From assembly GCA_046757665.1 (NCBI GenBank), contig JBHHYO010000002.1, positions 32,001 to 96,000 of the forward strand: a stretch of DNA of 64,000 nt, in the 5' to 3' direction. This document shows, piece after piece, positions 9,306 through 18,332 of this stretch. The notes below the pieces were generated by a model. It made no database searches, was not told the origin of the DNA, and saw only the letters and a program-made list of their open reading frames with translations. This DNA is from Nitrospinales bacterium. GTDB taxonomy: Bacteria; Nitrospinota; Nitrospinia; Nitrospinales; JAJDAT01. Numbering within the stretch: the first letter of the stretch is position 1; the number at the start of each line of letters is the position of its first letter. The translations under genes and the position numbers were made by a program.

Positions 9306-9946
9306 CCGTCCACACGGAATTCCAAACCATCAGACCTCGAGAGCAGTATTGGGTGGATATTTATCACTTGATGAATTCCATCATCCAACCCCGGCCTATC
9401 GCCTGGATTTCCACCGTTTCGGAAAACGGTATATACAATCTGGCTCCGTTCAGCTATTTCAATATATGCTCGATGAATCCACCGATCATTTCCAATTCCA
9501 TTTTTTATAACCGGGACGGATCGGAAAAAGACACACTGAGAAACATCAAATCGAACGGGAAATACGTCGTTGGAGCGGTGGGCATAAATTCCGCGGAAAA
9601 AGCCAACGTCAGTTCCGCACCTTTCGCCCCCGATGCCGACGAATTCAAGAAGGCACAGGTTCCATTTGTCGATTGCGGCGCCAACGAACCCCGGCTGGTA
9701 GCCGAAAGTCCCGTGCAACTGAAATGCACGTTGAATCAACTCATCAAATTAGGGAACGGCGCGGGTGTCGGCACATTGGTACTGGGAGACGTCAACGAAA
9801 TTTTAATTTCCCGAAAATTGAATCACCCTCAATGGCAAAAAGGCATTCCTCCCGACCGCATGAACAACGTTGGCAGAATGGGAGCGGATTATTACGCCAA
9901 GACAACCGATCTTTTTCAAATGCCTCGGCCCGTCATCAAAAAATAG
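9302..9946 (+). CDS. flavin reductase-like (FMN-binding split barrel) protein
   Basis: PRPIAWIST, NLAPFSYFN, KDTLRNI, VAESPVQLKC, VGRMG..Y; ATGA overlap with hmgA. Confidence 0.85.
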   Translation: MTVHTEFQTIRPREQYWVDIYHLMNSIIQPRPIAWISTVSENGIYNLAPFSYFNICSMNPPIISNSIFYNRDGSEKDTLRNIKSNGKYVVGAVGINSAEKANVSSAPFAPDADEFKKAQVPFVDCGANEPRLVAESPVQLKCTLNQLIKLGNGAGVGTLVLGDVNEILISRKLNHPQWQKGIPPDRMNNVGRMGADYYAKTTDLFQMPRPVIKK

Positions 9947-9994
9947 CCGATTGCCCTGGGCCATCCCATCGGCGCCACCAACGCAAAAATCCTG
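9947..9994 (+). pseudogene. 48-bp remnant of an acetyl-CoA C-acyltransferase (thiolase) gene
   Basis: Translates PIALGHPIGATNAKIL, close to the thiolase signature AIALGHPIGAxGARIL. Confidence 0.7.
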
Positions 9995-11950
9995 ATGAGC
10001 ACGATACTCTGGAAACCCAGCCCGGAACAAATCAAGCAATCCCGGATGTATCAATTTCTGGAAGCGGTGAATGAACATTATTCCCTGGACCTGAAAACCT
10101 ATCAACAGCTTCATGCTTGGTCCGTTAAAAATATTTCAGAGTTTTGGAAATTTTACAGCCAGTTCGCAAACATTCATTTTCACAAAACCGCCGACAAAAT
10201 TCTTTCATCAAAATCCATGCCTGGAGCCCGATGGTTTACCGGCGCCGAATTGAACTACGCCGAAAACCTCTTGCGGGCTTCCGCCGACAAAACTGCCATT
10301 ATCAGCAAGGCGGAAGGTCAACCCATCCGGCGCATGACTTATGGCCGGCTGTCCGATGACGTTACCAGGCTTGCTTCCGCTTTCAAGGATGCCGGGATCA
10401 AGGCTGGAGACCGCATCGCCGGTTTTCTCCCCAATATTCCGGAGGCCGTTGTCGGCCATCTGGCCGCGGCCGCCGTGGGAGCCGTTTGGAGCTCCTGCTC
10501 GCCGGACTTTGGACGTCAGGGAGTAAAGGACCGTTTCGGACAAATCGAACCCAAAATTTTGATTTGTGCAAGCGGCTACAATTACAATGGAAAATATTTT
10601 CCGGTTTTGGAAACTGTTGAAGCGCTCGCCGGGGAAGTGAACAGCTTGGCTCATATTATTCTCGTCCCCTTCCCGGACCACGCACCACGCAAGGACCGCA
10701 TTAATTTCTCCTCCGTTTTCACTTGGGAAGAGTTTATCGGCAGGGGAGCTTCTCCGGATTTTCAGTTCCATCCTTTTCCTTTTTCCCATCCCCTGTGCAT
10801 TTTGTATTCCTCCGGCACAACGGGCCTGCCCAAATGTATCGTTCACGGGACCGGAGGCACTTTGTTGCAACACCACAAGGAGCACGCCCTGCATACAGAC
10901 ATCAATTCGGAGGACATCGTTTTTTACTTCACCACCTGCGGTTGGATGATGTGGAACTGGCTGATTTCGGCCCTGGCCCAACAAGCAACCATCGTTCTTT
11001 ACGAAGGCTCTCCCTCCTACCCGACTCTGGAAACATTGTGGAAACTGGTTGAAGAAACACGAATCACAATTTTCGGAACCAGTCCAAAATTTCTCTCATC
11101 GAATCAGAAGCAAAACCTGATTCCCAGGCAATGCGCCGACTTGCAAAGTCTCAAGGCCGTGCTTTCCACCGGCTCTCCCCTCGACGCAGAAAGCTTTCGC
11201 TGGGTTTACGAAAATGTAAACCGGCACGTTCAACTATCCTCCATAAGCGGCGGAACGGATATTATCTCCTGTTTTATGCTGGGCAACCCCATGTTTCCGG
11301 TAAGAGCTGGGGAAATTCAATGTCTCGGCCTGGGCATGGATGTTGCGGCCCTGGATGAGCAAAACCATCCGGTTCTGAATCAAAAGGGGGAACTGGCCTG
11401 CCTGTCTCCCGCGCCGTCCATGCCGATTCATTTCTGGGACGACCCGGACGGAGAAAAATATCGAGATGCTTATTTCAACAAAGTTCCCGGAGTATGGATC
11501 CATGGCGATTTCATAGAAATCAAGAAGCATGGAGGAGTCCTCGTTTACGGCCGGAGCGATGCAACGCTTAATCCCGGCGGAGTACGCATCGGCACCGCAG
11601 AGATTTACCGGATTGTCGAGCAGTTGGATGAAATCCAGGATAGCTTGATCATTGGCGTGGAAAAAGACACCGATATCCGAATGATTCTTTTTGTGGTGCT
11701 AGTCCATCCGTTGCGTCTGGAAGAACCCCTGATGAAAAAAATCAAAAGCCGTCTCAAAACAGAAGCCAGCCCGCGCCATGTGCCGCAGGAAATCCACCAA
11801 GTCAAGGAAATCCCCCACACCCTCAATGGGAAAAAAGTCGAACTCATCGTCCGCAACATATTTCAAGGAATCCCGGTAAGCAATAAAGACGCCCTCGCCA
11901 ATCCCGACTGCCTGGCAGAATTTGAAGCACTCCGCTCGCAAAAAGCTTAA
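9995..11950 (+). CDS. acetoacetate-CoA ligase (acetoacetyl-CoA synthetase)
   Basis: LWKPS, LHAWSV, WFTGAELNYAENLL, SSCSPDFG, YSSGTTGLPKCIVH, TTCGWMMWNWL, SISGGTDI, GRSDATLNPGGVRIGTAEIY. Confidence 0.93.
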   Translation: MSTILWKPSPEQIKQSRMYQFLEAVNEHYSLDLKTYQQLHAWSVKNISEFWKFYSQFANIHFHKTADKILSSKSMPGARWFTGAELNYAENLLRASADKTAIISKAEGQPIRRMTYGRLSDDVTRLASAFKDAGIKAGDRIAGFLPNIPEAVVGHLAAAAVGAVWSSCSPDFGRQGVKDRFGQIEPKILICASGYNYNGKYFPVLETVEALAGEVNSLAHIILVPFPDHAPRKDRINFSSVFTWEEFIGRGASPDFQFHPFPFSHPLCILYSSGTTGLPKCIVHGTGGTLLQHHKEHALHTDINSEDIVFYFTTCGWMMWNWLISALAQQATIVLYEGSPSYPTLETLWKLVEETRITIFGTSPKFLSSNQKQNLIPRQCADLQSLKAVLSTGSPLDAESFRWVYENVNRHVQLSSISGGTDIISCFMLGNPMFPVRAGEIQCLGLGMDVAALDEQNHPVLNQKGELACLSPAPSMPIHFWDDPDGEKYRDAYFNKVPGVWIHGDFIEIKKHGGVLVYGRSDATLNPGGVRIGTAEIYRIVEQLDEIQDSLIIGVEKDTDIRMILFVVLVHPLRLEEPLMKKIKSRLKTEASPRHVPQEIHQVKEIPHTLNGKKVELIVRNIFQGIPVSNKDALANPDCLAEFEALRSQKA

Positions 11951-12117
11951 ACGGATCGATCGAAGCCGAAATCACCAGCACATTCGGATGATGGCTTCCG
12001 CCTGTTTTATTACTTGGCATTACCGGTCATTCTATGTCAGGATATTATCGCCGCCCCTGGAACCGGCCGCGAGGGGCCTCTTTGGCTTGTACAGAAAGAA
12101 CGATTTGGAGAAATAAA

Positions 12118-12882
12118 TTGTTTGTGGGTTCCAAGCTCTGGAAAGGGCAAAAACATTATCTCAACAAGATGACTCTGGCGGATCTGGTGGCGGCCTATTT
12201 CGCCTATCCCGCCATCCAGGCCTACCTTTCTCTCACCGCAGTCAGCATCGGGCTGACCCTCCTTTGGGCGAAAGATATCGGGGCCATCGTTCTGTCTGTC
12301 GGCGCGGCAGTGGTGATTTACGGATTAGTCTGGTACCTTCTGCACCGATTCATTCTCCACGGACAGTTTCTCTACAAATCGCCCCGCACGGCGGCTCTGT
12401 GGAAACGCATCCACTTCGATCATCATCAGGACCCCAACGACCTCGGTGTTTTGTTCGGCGCACTGCATACCACCCTGCCGACGATTTTTTTCATGACCGT
12501 CCCGATAGGCTGGCTGATCGGCGGCCCGGCCGGCGGCGCGGCGGCGTTCGCGGCGGGGCTGGTGACCACCTGTTATTATGAGTTCTGCCATTGCATCCAG
12601 CATCTGGCCTATACCCCAAAATGGGCCTTTCTCCGCCGCATCAAGAAACTTCACCTGGCGCATCATTTCCATAACGAGCAAGGCAATTACGGCATCACAA
12701 ATTTTTTCTGGGACCGGCTCGCGGGAACCTATTACCCAAGCACCAACCAAGTCCCACGTAGCGCCACCGTTTTCAACCTCGGTTATGTGAACAAGGAATC
12801 CGAGCAATTCCCCTGGGTGGCAGAACTGTCCGGCGCAAATGTTGACACCGATCCAGGTTGCGCCCAAAGAAAAACGGGCTAA
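12118..12882 (+). CDS. fatty-acid hydroxylase / sterol desaturase superfamily membrane diiron enzyme
   Basis: His boxes HRFILH, HFDHH, HCIQH, HLAHH and NYGITNFFWDR; TTG start at 12118 with GGAG 7 nt upstream. Confidence 0.85.
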   Translation: MFVGSKLWKGQKHYLNKMTLADLVAAYFAYPAIQAYLSLTAVSIGLTLLWAKDIGAIVLSVGAAVVIYGLVWYLLHRFILHGQFLYKSPRTAALWKRIHFDHHQDPNDLGVLFGALHTTLPTIFFMTVPIGWLIGGPAGGAAAFAAGLVTTCYYEFCHCIQHLAYTPKWAFLRRIKKLHLAHHFHNEQGNYGITNFFWDRLAGTYYPSTNQVPRSATVFNLGYVNKESEQFPWVAELSGANVDTDPGCAQRKTG

Positions 12883-12957
12883 ACCCAAACCACCGGCATC
12901 ATAACTTGAGCAACTCCGCGGTTTCCCTATAAAGAAACTTCCTGAACCGCCCTTCCT

Positions 12958-15369
12958 TCAGTTTCTTGGTTCCTTTCTTCTGTTGTACTTGTAAAAGACC
13001 AGCTTGTGCGTATCCAGCTCAAACAAGGCCGGCAACATGAACAACGCGCAAGCCGTGCACGTTAATATCCCCAATTGAACCAGGGAAGCGATGGACTGAA
13101 TACCGGCGTGCGACGCAATATTCAAACTGCCGTATCCGGCCAGGCTGGTCAAAGCCGAAAGGATGATAGCGCTCCCCGTTTCTTTTAAGGAAGTCAACGA
13201 TCCTTCTCGGGAATAATCCTGTATGTGATGAGCCAGATAGATGCAATGATCAATCATGATCCCGACAATCGAAGGTAGCATAACGAAGTTGATGAAATTA
13301 AGCTTGATATGTGAAACGGACAACAAGGCACCCGTCAAGGTCAAGCCGGCAAACAAAGGCAAAAAAGTTTTTAAAGCCAACCGCATACTCTGCATGTCAA
13401 TTACCAAAATTAAAAACACAAGGCCCATGGCTATTGCAAGAGTCCAGGGGCCTTTAGTTTTCACCCAGTCCAGGATTTTTGCCGCGAGCAGGTTTTCATT
13501 CATAACCGCGGTCTGTATGTGCCTTGGCTCGAGAGCCCGTTTCAAGTCCTGGATTTCCTTTTCCAGTTGATAAATATTCCTCACGTCAAAAAAATCCTTT
13601 TCGGCAGGGGAAAGAATCAGAACCAGATACTCCTCCTGAACTTTAAACTTTTTAACAAGAATTTTCGGCACCCGGGATTCATCAAAAGGTTTGGGGTTGA
13701 CCAGCCGCTGAAGCTTGCGGAACCTCGATTCGCCAAGGGACAATTTAATAATATCTTTTTCCCTCTCAAATAGCTCCCGGATGCGGACAAGCACGTCCTT
13801 TTTCGATTCATATTCCCGTGCGCTAAACAGATTCAGGGAATGATGCAATCCAATAGTGGAATTCTCCCCATTTTTCTTTTTGATCCTGGCCAGAGCCTGG
13901 TGAATATAAAAAAGGTTTTCCTTTTTCGGCGTGAGGATCAACGTGGGAGAAAATGCAAAACCGAAGTCCCTGGTAGTGGCCGTTTCATAATCTCCCGCCG
14001 GTGATTCGCCGCGTAATTTTTTGAAATCGTATTCAAATTGCACGCCAGGCAACAAAAAAAGGCTGGAAACCGTCAGCAACATAAAAAGAACCGTCAGGAA
14101 ATAAGGCGTGTTTGAATAAAGCCTGGAAATCTTCAACGTAAACAACCGGGGCCTGGGTTTTCCAACCCAATGGATTTTATTGTAAAAAAGCACCTGCGCG
14201 GGGAAGATAAAATGATAGGTAATAAAAGCAAGGGTGATCCCCATGGCGGCAATCATTCCGAACTCGGAGAATCCCCTGAATTCAGAAAAGATCAAAACGG
14301 AAAAGACACTGATGGTGGTAAACATGGCCACCATCGCGGATCGTCCTACCTGGGTCATAACCAGTTCCGTAGCGGCGGGAATGGATTTCCCCTTGACCAG
14401 TTCCTGTTTGAAGCGGATATAAAAATGAATTCCATAATCGACCCCAAGCCCCAGGAGAATCGCAACTAAAAATCCTGTGACGATATTGACATGGCCGATG
14501 ACCAACCGTGTCAACGCAAAGGTATACGTCAGGGACAAGAGAAGAGGAAAAATAATCAGCGGAATCGAAAACACCGAACGGGTATAAATCAAAATGAGGG
14601 CGGTGGTCAGAAAAACGGCCAAAACCGCCGAACGCTTCAAGTCGCGTATTACCGTTTGATTCTCCTCCAGCCTCACCATCAGGGACCCGGTCAATTTGAT
14701 TTGAAGGCCGGGTATTTTGCTTTCCAAACCGGAGCGGCGGATTTCTTCCCGAACCCGAGCGACAAAATTTTCTGTGAAGGTTGTGTCCGTTACGGTTCCT
14801 CTTGGCTGTACGAAAATGTAATAATTTTTTTTACTCTTTCCCCGGTAGTAAGGGTTGATCTCTTCAAACAGGTTGTAATCATCAGCCAAAGATTGAAGCC
14901 TTTCGGGATTGAACAGTTCGGTTCCCAAACCAAAACCTCCCAGTTCCTCCCGGGCGTACTCGACCGCTTCCTGCATGAGGGACTCCAGTTCAAGTAAATC
15001 CTGCCTGGAAACCAAAAGGAGCTGTCGATTGTTCAAATAATCCTTGGGAATATGGGAATCGACGTAATAAGTATCGGGCAATTTTTCCAACCGGCGCGTC
15101 AATTCATTCAGAACCATTGGAGCTTTATTCTGGTTCAAACCTTCCAGAACAAGGACAAGGGGGCCGGAGCCTCCCGTCTTCTCGACCACATGATTGAACT
15201 CCTTGACCAGTTGCAGATTTTCGGGGAGAAGATTATCCATCCGCGGGTTGTACGTCAAACCCGACGCGATCATCAGCGAAAAGCCGCTTGAAACAACAGC
15301 CAGCGCCAAAAGAGTCCCCGGGTATTTTGAGGTGATGTTCTGATAAAACCATTTAAGAATTGTTTTCAT
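12958..15369 (-). CDS. MMPL/RND-family lipid transporter
   Basis: Two TM bundles with GLGVDYGIH and GIMIDHCIY motifs separated by periplasmic domains; start MKTILK at 15369 overlaps the upstream gene. Confidence 0.88.
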   Translation of the reverse strand: MKTILKWFYQNITSKYPGTLLALAVVSSGFSLMIASGLTYNPRMDNLLPENLQLVKEFNHVVEKTGGSGPLVLVLEGLNQNKAPMVLNELTRRLEKLPDTYYVDSHIPKDYLNNRQLLLVSRQDLLELESLMQEAVEYAREELGGFGLGTELFNPERLQSLADDYNLFEEINPYYRGKSKKNYYIFVQPRGTVTDTTFTENFVARVREEIRRSGLESKIPGLQIKLTGSLMVRLEENQTVIRDLKRSAVLAVFLTTALILIYTRSVFSIPLIIFPLLLSLTYTFALTRLVIGHVNIVTGFLVAILLGLGVDYGIHFYIRFKQELVKGKSIPAATELVMTQVGRSAMVAMFTTISVFSVLIFSEFRGFSEFGMIAAMGITLAFITYHFIFPAQVLFYNKIHWVGKPRPRLFTLKISRLYSNTPYFLTVLFMLLTVSSLFLLPGVQFEYDFKKLRGESPAGDYETATTRDFGFAFSPTLILTPKKENLFYIHQALARIKKKNGENSTIGLHHSLNLFSAREYESKKDVLVRIRELFEREKDIIKLSLGESRFRKLQRLVNPKPFDESRVPKILVKKFKVQEEYLVLILSPAEKDFFDVRNIYQLEKEIQDLKRALEPRHIQTAVMNENLLAAKILDWVKTKGPWTLAIAMGLVFLILVIDMQSMRLALKTFLPLFAGLTLTGALLSVSHIKLNFINFVMLPSIVGIMIDHCIYLAHHIQDYSREGSLTSLKETGSAIILSALTSLAGYGSLNIASHAGIQSIASLVQLGILTCTACALFMLPALFELDTHKLVFYKYNRRKEPRN

Positions 15370-16210
15370 TGCACAGCAAAAACCGATGAAGTCCGAGCGT
15401 TGTAATATATTGTGCCCCCATGAGGTAAGCCATGGGGACCAGGAAAACGTCAAGAACACCAAGAACGGCAAACAGGGCGATAAGAAAAAGAGGCAGGTCG
15501 AGACCGTTCCACTTCCAGACAGCCATCATAAGTTTGGCTTTTTGGTAATACTGTTCCCGTTGCCGCTCCGTCAGCAGAGTTTTTTCAACAATGTTTTTTT
15601 TCTCTTCATCAAGCCGGCTGAAAGAAAGCCAGCGTCCCTGAAACAAAAACCGCTGAAACTGCAAGTAATAAAAATAACTCCGGAGAACAACGGACTTCTC
15701 CTTTCTCATTTTCTGAAAAGTTTCCAGAATTTCCCTTTTATTCCCGTCGTATCCATCGCGCACCAACGTGGTCATGCTTTGTTTGCAATAATCGTAGGAT
15801 ATGGCCCGCAAAATAGTTAACAGCGCGATGCAGGCCAGGGAACCATAGTATGCCCCCATGCCAACCATGATGCCGATGACGACGGCGCCATAAGCAATGT
15901 AACCGGCAATGCCGTCGAGGAGCCTTCCCCATTCACTTGATCGGCCCGTGGCTCGTGCAAGTTGTCCGTCCACGCAATCCAGGATCAGGGTAATCTCCAA
16001 AAGCACCCCTCCCCAAACCATCGACGAGACACTCCCCCGGCTAAAGACGTACCCCGACCACATACCAAACAGAACGGAAGCATAGGTCACCTGATTGGGA
16101 GTGACCGCGGTTTTTTTCAAAAAGCCAACCATGGCTCCGGCAACAGGCACATGCAAATAACGGTTGACCGGTTCTTCAAGGTCTTTCAGAAAATGGCCGG
16201 ATTTTTCCAT
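15353..16210 (-). CDS. CDP-alcohol phosphotransferase family protein
   Basis: TPNQVT and DCVDGQLARATGRSSEWGRLLD signature. Confidence 0.88.
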   Translation of the reverse strand: MEKSGHFLKDLEEPVNRYLHVPVAGAMVGFLKKTAVTPNQVTYASVLFGMWSGYVFSRGSVSSMVWGGVLLEITLILDCVDGQLARATGRSSEWGRLLDGIAGYIAYGAVVIGIMVGMGAYYGSLACIALLTILRAISYDYCKQSMTTLVRDGYDGNKREILETFQKMRKEKSVVLRSYFYYLQFQRFLFQGRWLSFSRLDEEKKNIVEKTLLTERQREQYYQKAKLMMAVWKWNGLDLPLFLIALFAVLGVLDVFLVPMAYLMGAQYITTLGLHRFLLCNENNS

Positions 16211-16222
16211 AAGGACGATGTA

Positions 16223-17230
16223 TTACAACCAGCGATGATTCTTATACCAATCAAGCGTTTTCGCCAGTCCCGCATTTAAATCATAACGTGGCTGAAATTC
16301 ATATTGATCCATGAATTTTTCGCATGATGCGGTCCAGGAGCTTTGACAAATATCGATCAGCCTCTGCCTGTCCAGCAGAGCGGGTTTCGTGCCGAACCGC
16401 GCCAGCGTTTCGCAAAGCAATGCCAAAGGCATCAAGGCACCTTCCGGAACCCTCAGCGATCGCGCCTTCACACCAAGAGCCCGCATGGCCGCCTGAGCCA
16501 CATCCTCCCATGAGTACGTATTGCCGTCGGTGACAAAAAAAATATTCTCCTCTTGCCGGGGAGCGGCCGCGGCCATGACCATGGCGCGCACCAGGTCGGC
16601 AACATAAATCAAGGAAAGGTCGCGCCGGGTTCGACCGATTTTAATGTTCCATCCGCGACTCACCGTCCTGAGATAGACGAAAAAATTGTTCTCCCTGGGA
16701 CCGTAAACCACGGGGGGGCGTAGAATGACGATGGGCAGGGAAGAGGAAAACTGTCGGGCGATTTCCTCCCCGGCAAGCTTGGATTGTCCATAAAATGTAA
16801 GAGGACGGCAGGGCGTTTCCTCATTAACCGGTCGATCCGGCTCTGCCGGGCCAACGGCCGCCAGACTGCTCAAGTGAACGACCGCCTTGAGCCGTTTTCC
16901 ACGGGCCACGCAGTTGCTGTAAAACGGAGAGCAGAGGTCGGCATTGATTCGGAAATATTCTTGCCGCGTTCTGGCTTGCGTCAATCCCGCGCAGTGAAAC
17001 AAATATTCCGCATCTTCCAGGCCATCGCCAAGCCGTTCCAATCGAGTCAGGTCCGCAGTATGAAGATGTACCCGGGAGGAATCGAGCCAGCGAAGGTCAC
17101 TGGTCTTGCGAACCAGACAATGGACCGTGCAACCGAGGCTTAGGAGATAATCAACCAGATGACTGCCGATAAACCCGGACGCGCCTGTGACCAGCACAGT
17201 GGCGGGGTCAATTTTCGCAGGTTCGTTCAT
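16223..17230 (-). CDS. NAD-dependent epimerase/reductase (extended SDR), candidate ceramide reductase CerR
   Basis: VTGASGFIG, HCAG, SSLAA, YGQSK, RPPVVYGP; directly downstream of bCerS and spt. Confidence 0.75.
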   Translation of the reverse strand: MNEPAKIDPATVLVTGASGFIGSHLVDYLLSLGCTVHCLVRKTSDLRWLDSSRVHLHTADLTRLERLGDGLEDAEYLFHCAGLTQARTRQEYFRINADLCSPFYSNCVARGKRLKAVVHLSSLAAVGPAEPDRPVNEETPCRPLTFYGQSKLAGEEIARQFSSSLPIVILRPPVVYGPRENNFFVYLRTVSRGWNIKIGRTRRDLSLIYVADLVRAMVMAAAAPRQEENIFFVTDGNTYSWEDVAQAAMRALGVKARSLRVPEGALMPLALLCETLARFGTKPALLDRQRLIDICQSSWTASCEKFMDQYEFQPRYDLNAGLAKTLDWYKNHRWL

Positions 17231-18332
17231 AGATGCGGTGCCGCTTGTAAACATCGGCGCCCATTCGATAAAGAGGAGCCAACATCGCCTGGTTATCTTC
17301 CAAAATCCAGGACATTTCGCACAACGCAACTTTTTGGTCTAGGCACCGCCTATAAGTCTTGTGATAAAAAGAAACATCAATTCCCAAGCGTTGGAACTTC
17401 TTTTTTACACCGAGGGTCAGAACCCGGTAGGAATCGATTTTCTTCCTGTTCATTAAAAACCTGGCCCATCCAAAGGGAAAGAGCTTGCCGTCCAGGGTTT
17501 TGAGCACTTGATTAATGTCGGGAAGAGTCAGGGAGAAACCCACCGGTTCATCCTTAATTTCCGCAATCAAACAAAACTCGGGCTCAATGAAATGTTTCAT
17601 CTCATCGGCGGCAAAGTAAAATTCGTCGCGAGTCATGGGCGTGAACCCCCAGTTGCGCTCCCAGGCGGAATTATAAATTTCCCATAAAACGTCTATTTCT
17701 TTTTGAAACTGATCCATCCGCAGACAGCGCACGGTAAACCGGTTTCTTTTTTGAATTCGGACCATCGCTTGCTCCAGGTACTCCGGCATTCTTATGAAAG
17801 GCGCGATTTTCAGGCAAACAAGGTCTTTGGCTTTTGTCAACCCCCAGCCTTCCAGCAGGCTCGAATAATAAGGAGGATTATAAGGTATCCCCAACATGGG
17901 AGCCTTGTCGAATCCCTCTACAAGCAGGCCGCATTCGTGGTTGATGGAGAGGTTCATAGGGCCCAGAAGTTTTTTGAGTCCCTTCGCCCGGCACCCTTCA
18001 TAGACGACATCCAGCAACCGGTCCGCCACCTCCCGGTCGTCAATGGACTCAAACAGGCCGAAAAAACCGACTTCCTGCGAGTGAAACGTATTGTGTGCGT
18101 GATCTACGACAAAGGCAATCCGTCCCACCGGTTGCCTGTTTTCCCCCAGAGCCAGAAAAAAATCGACTTCGGCATGGTCGAAGAACGGGTTGGCTTTTGG
18201 ATCCAGAAATTTTTTGCGTTCCACAAGCAAGGGAGGAACCCATCGGGAGTCATTCTTGTAAATTTCCCAAGGCAACTTGATGAATGCGTGCTTGTCTGCC
18301 GGCGTTTCGACCTTTTGAATTTCCGGGCGCAT
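17208..18332 (-). CDS. bacterial ceramide synthase (bCerS, GNAT-fold/YghO-like)
   Basis: WVPPL, NPFF, GRI, GFFGLFE, GPMNLSINHECGLLVEGF, YNPPYY, AWERNWGF, PDIN, EMSWILEDN; TAATG-coupled to spt. Confidence 0.82.
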   Translation of the reverse strand: MRPEIQKVETPADKHAFIKLPWEIYKNDSRWVPPLLVERKKFLDPKANPFFDHAEVDFFLALGENRQPVGRIAFVVDHAHNTFHSQEVGFFGLFESIDDREVADRLLDVVYEGCRAKGLKKLLGPMNLSINHECGLLVEGFDKAPMLGIPYNPPYYSSLLEGWGLTKAKDLVCLKIAPFIRMPEYLEQAMVRIQKRNRFTVRCLRMDQFQKEIDVLWEIYNSAWERNWGFTPMTRDEFYFAADEMKHFIEPEFCLIAEIKDEPVGFSLTLPDINQVLKTLDGKLFPFGWARFLMNRKKIDSYRVLTLGVKKKFQRLGIDVSFYHKTYRRCLDQKVALCEMSWILEDNQAMLAPLYRMGADVYKRHRIYERTCEN

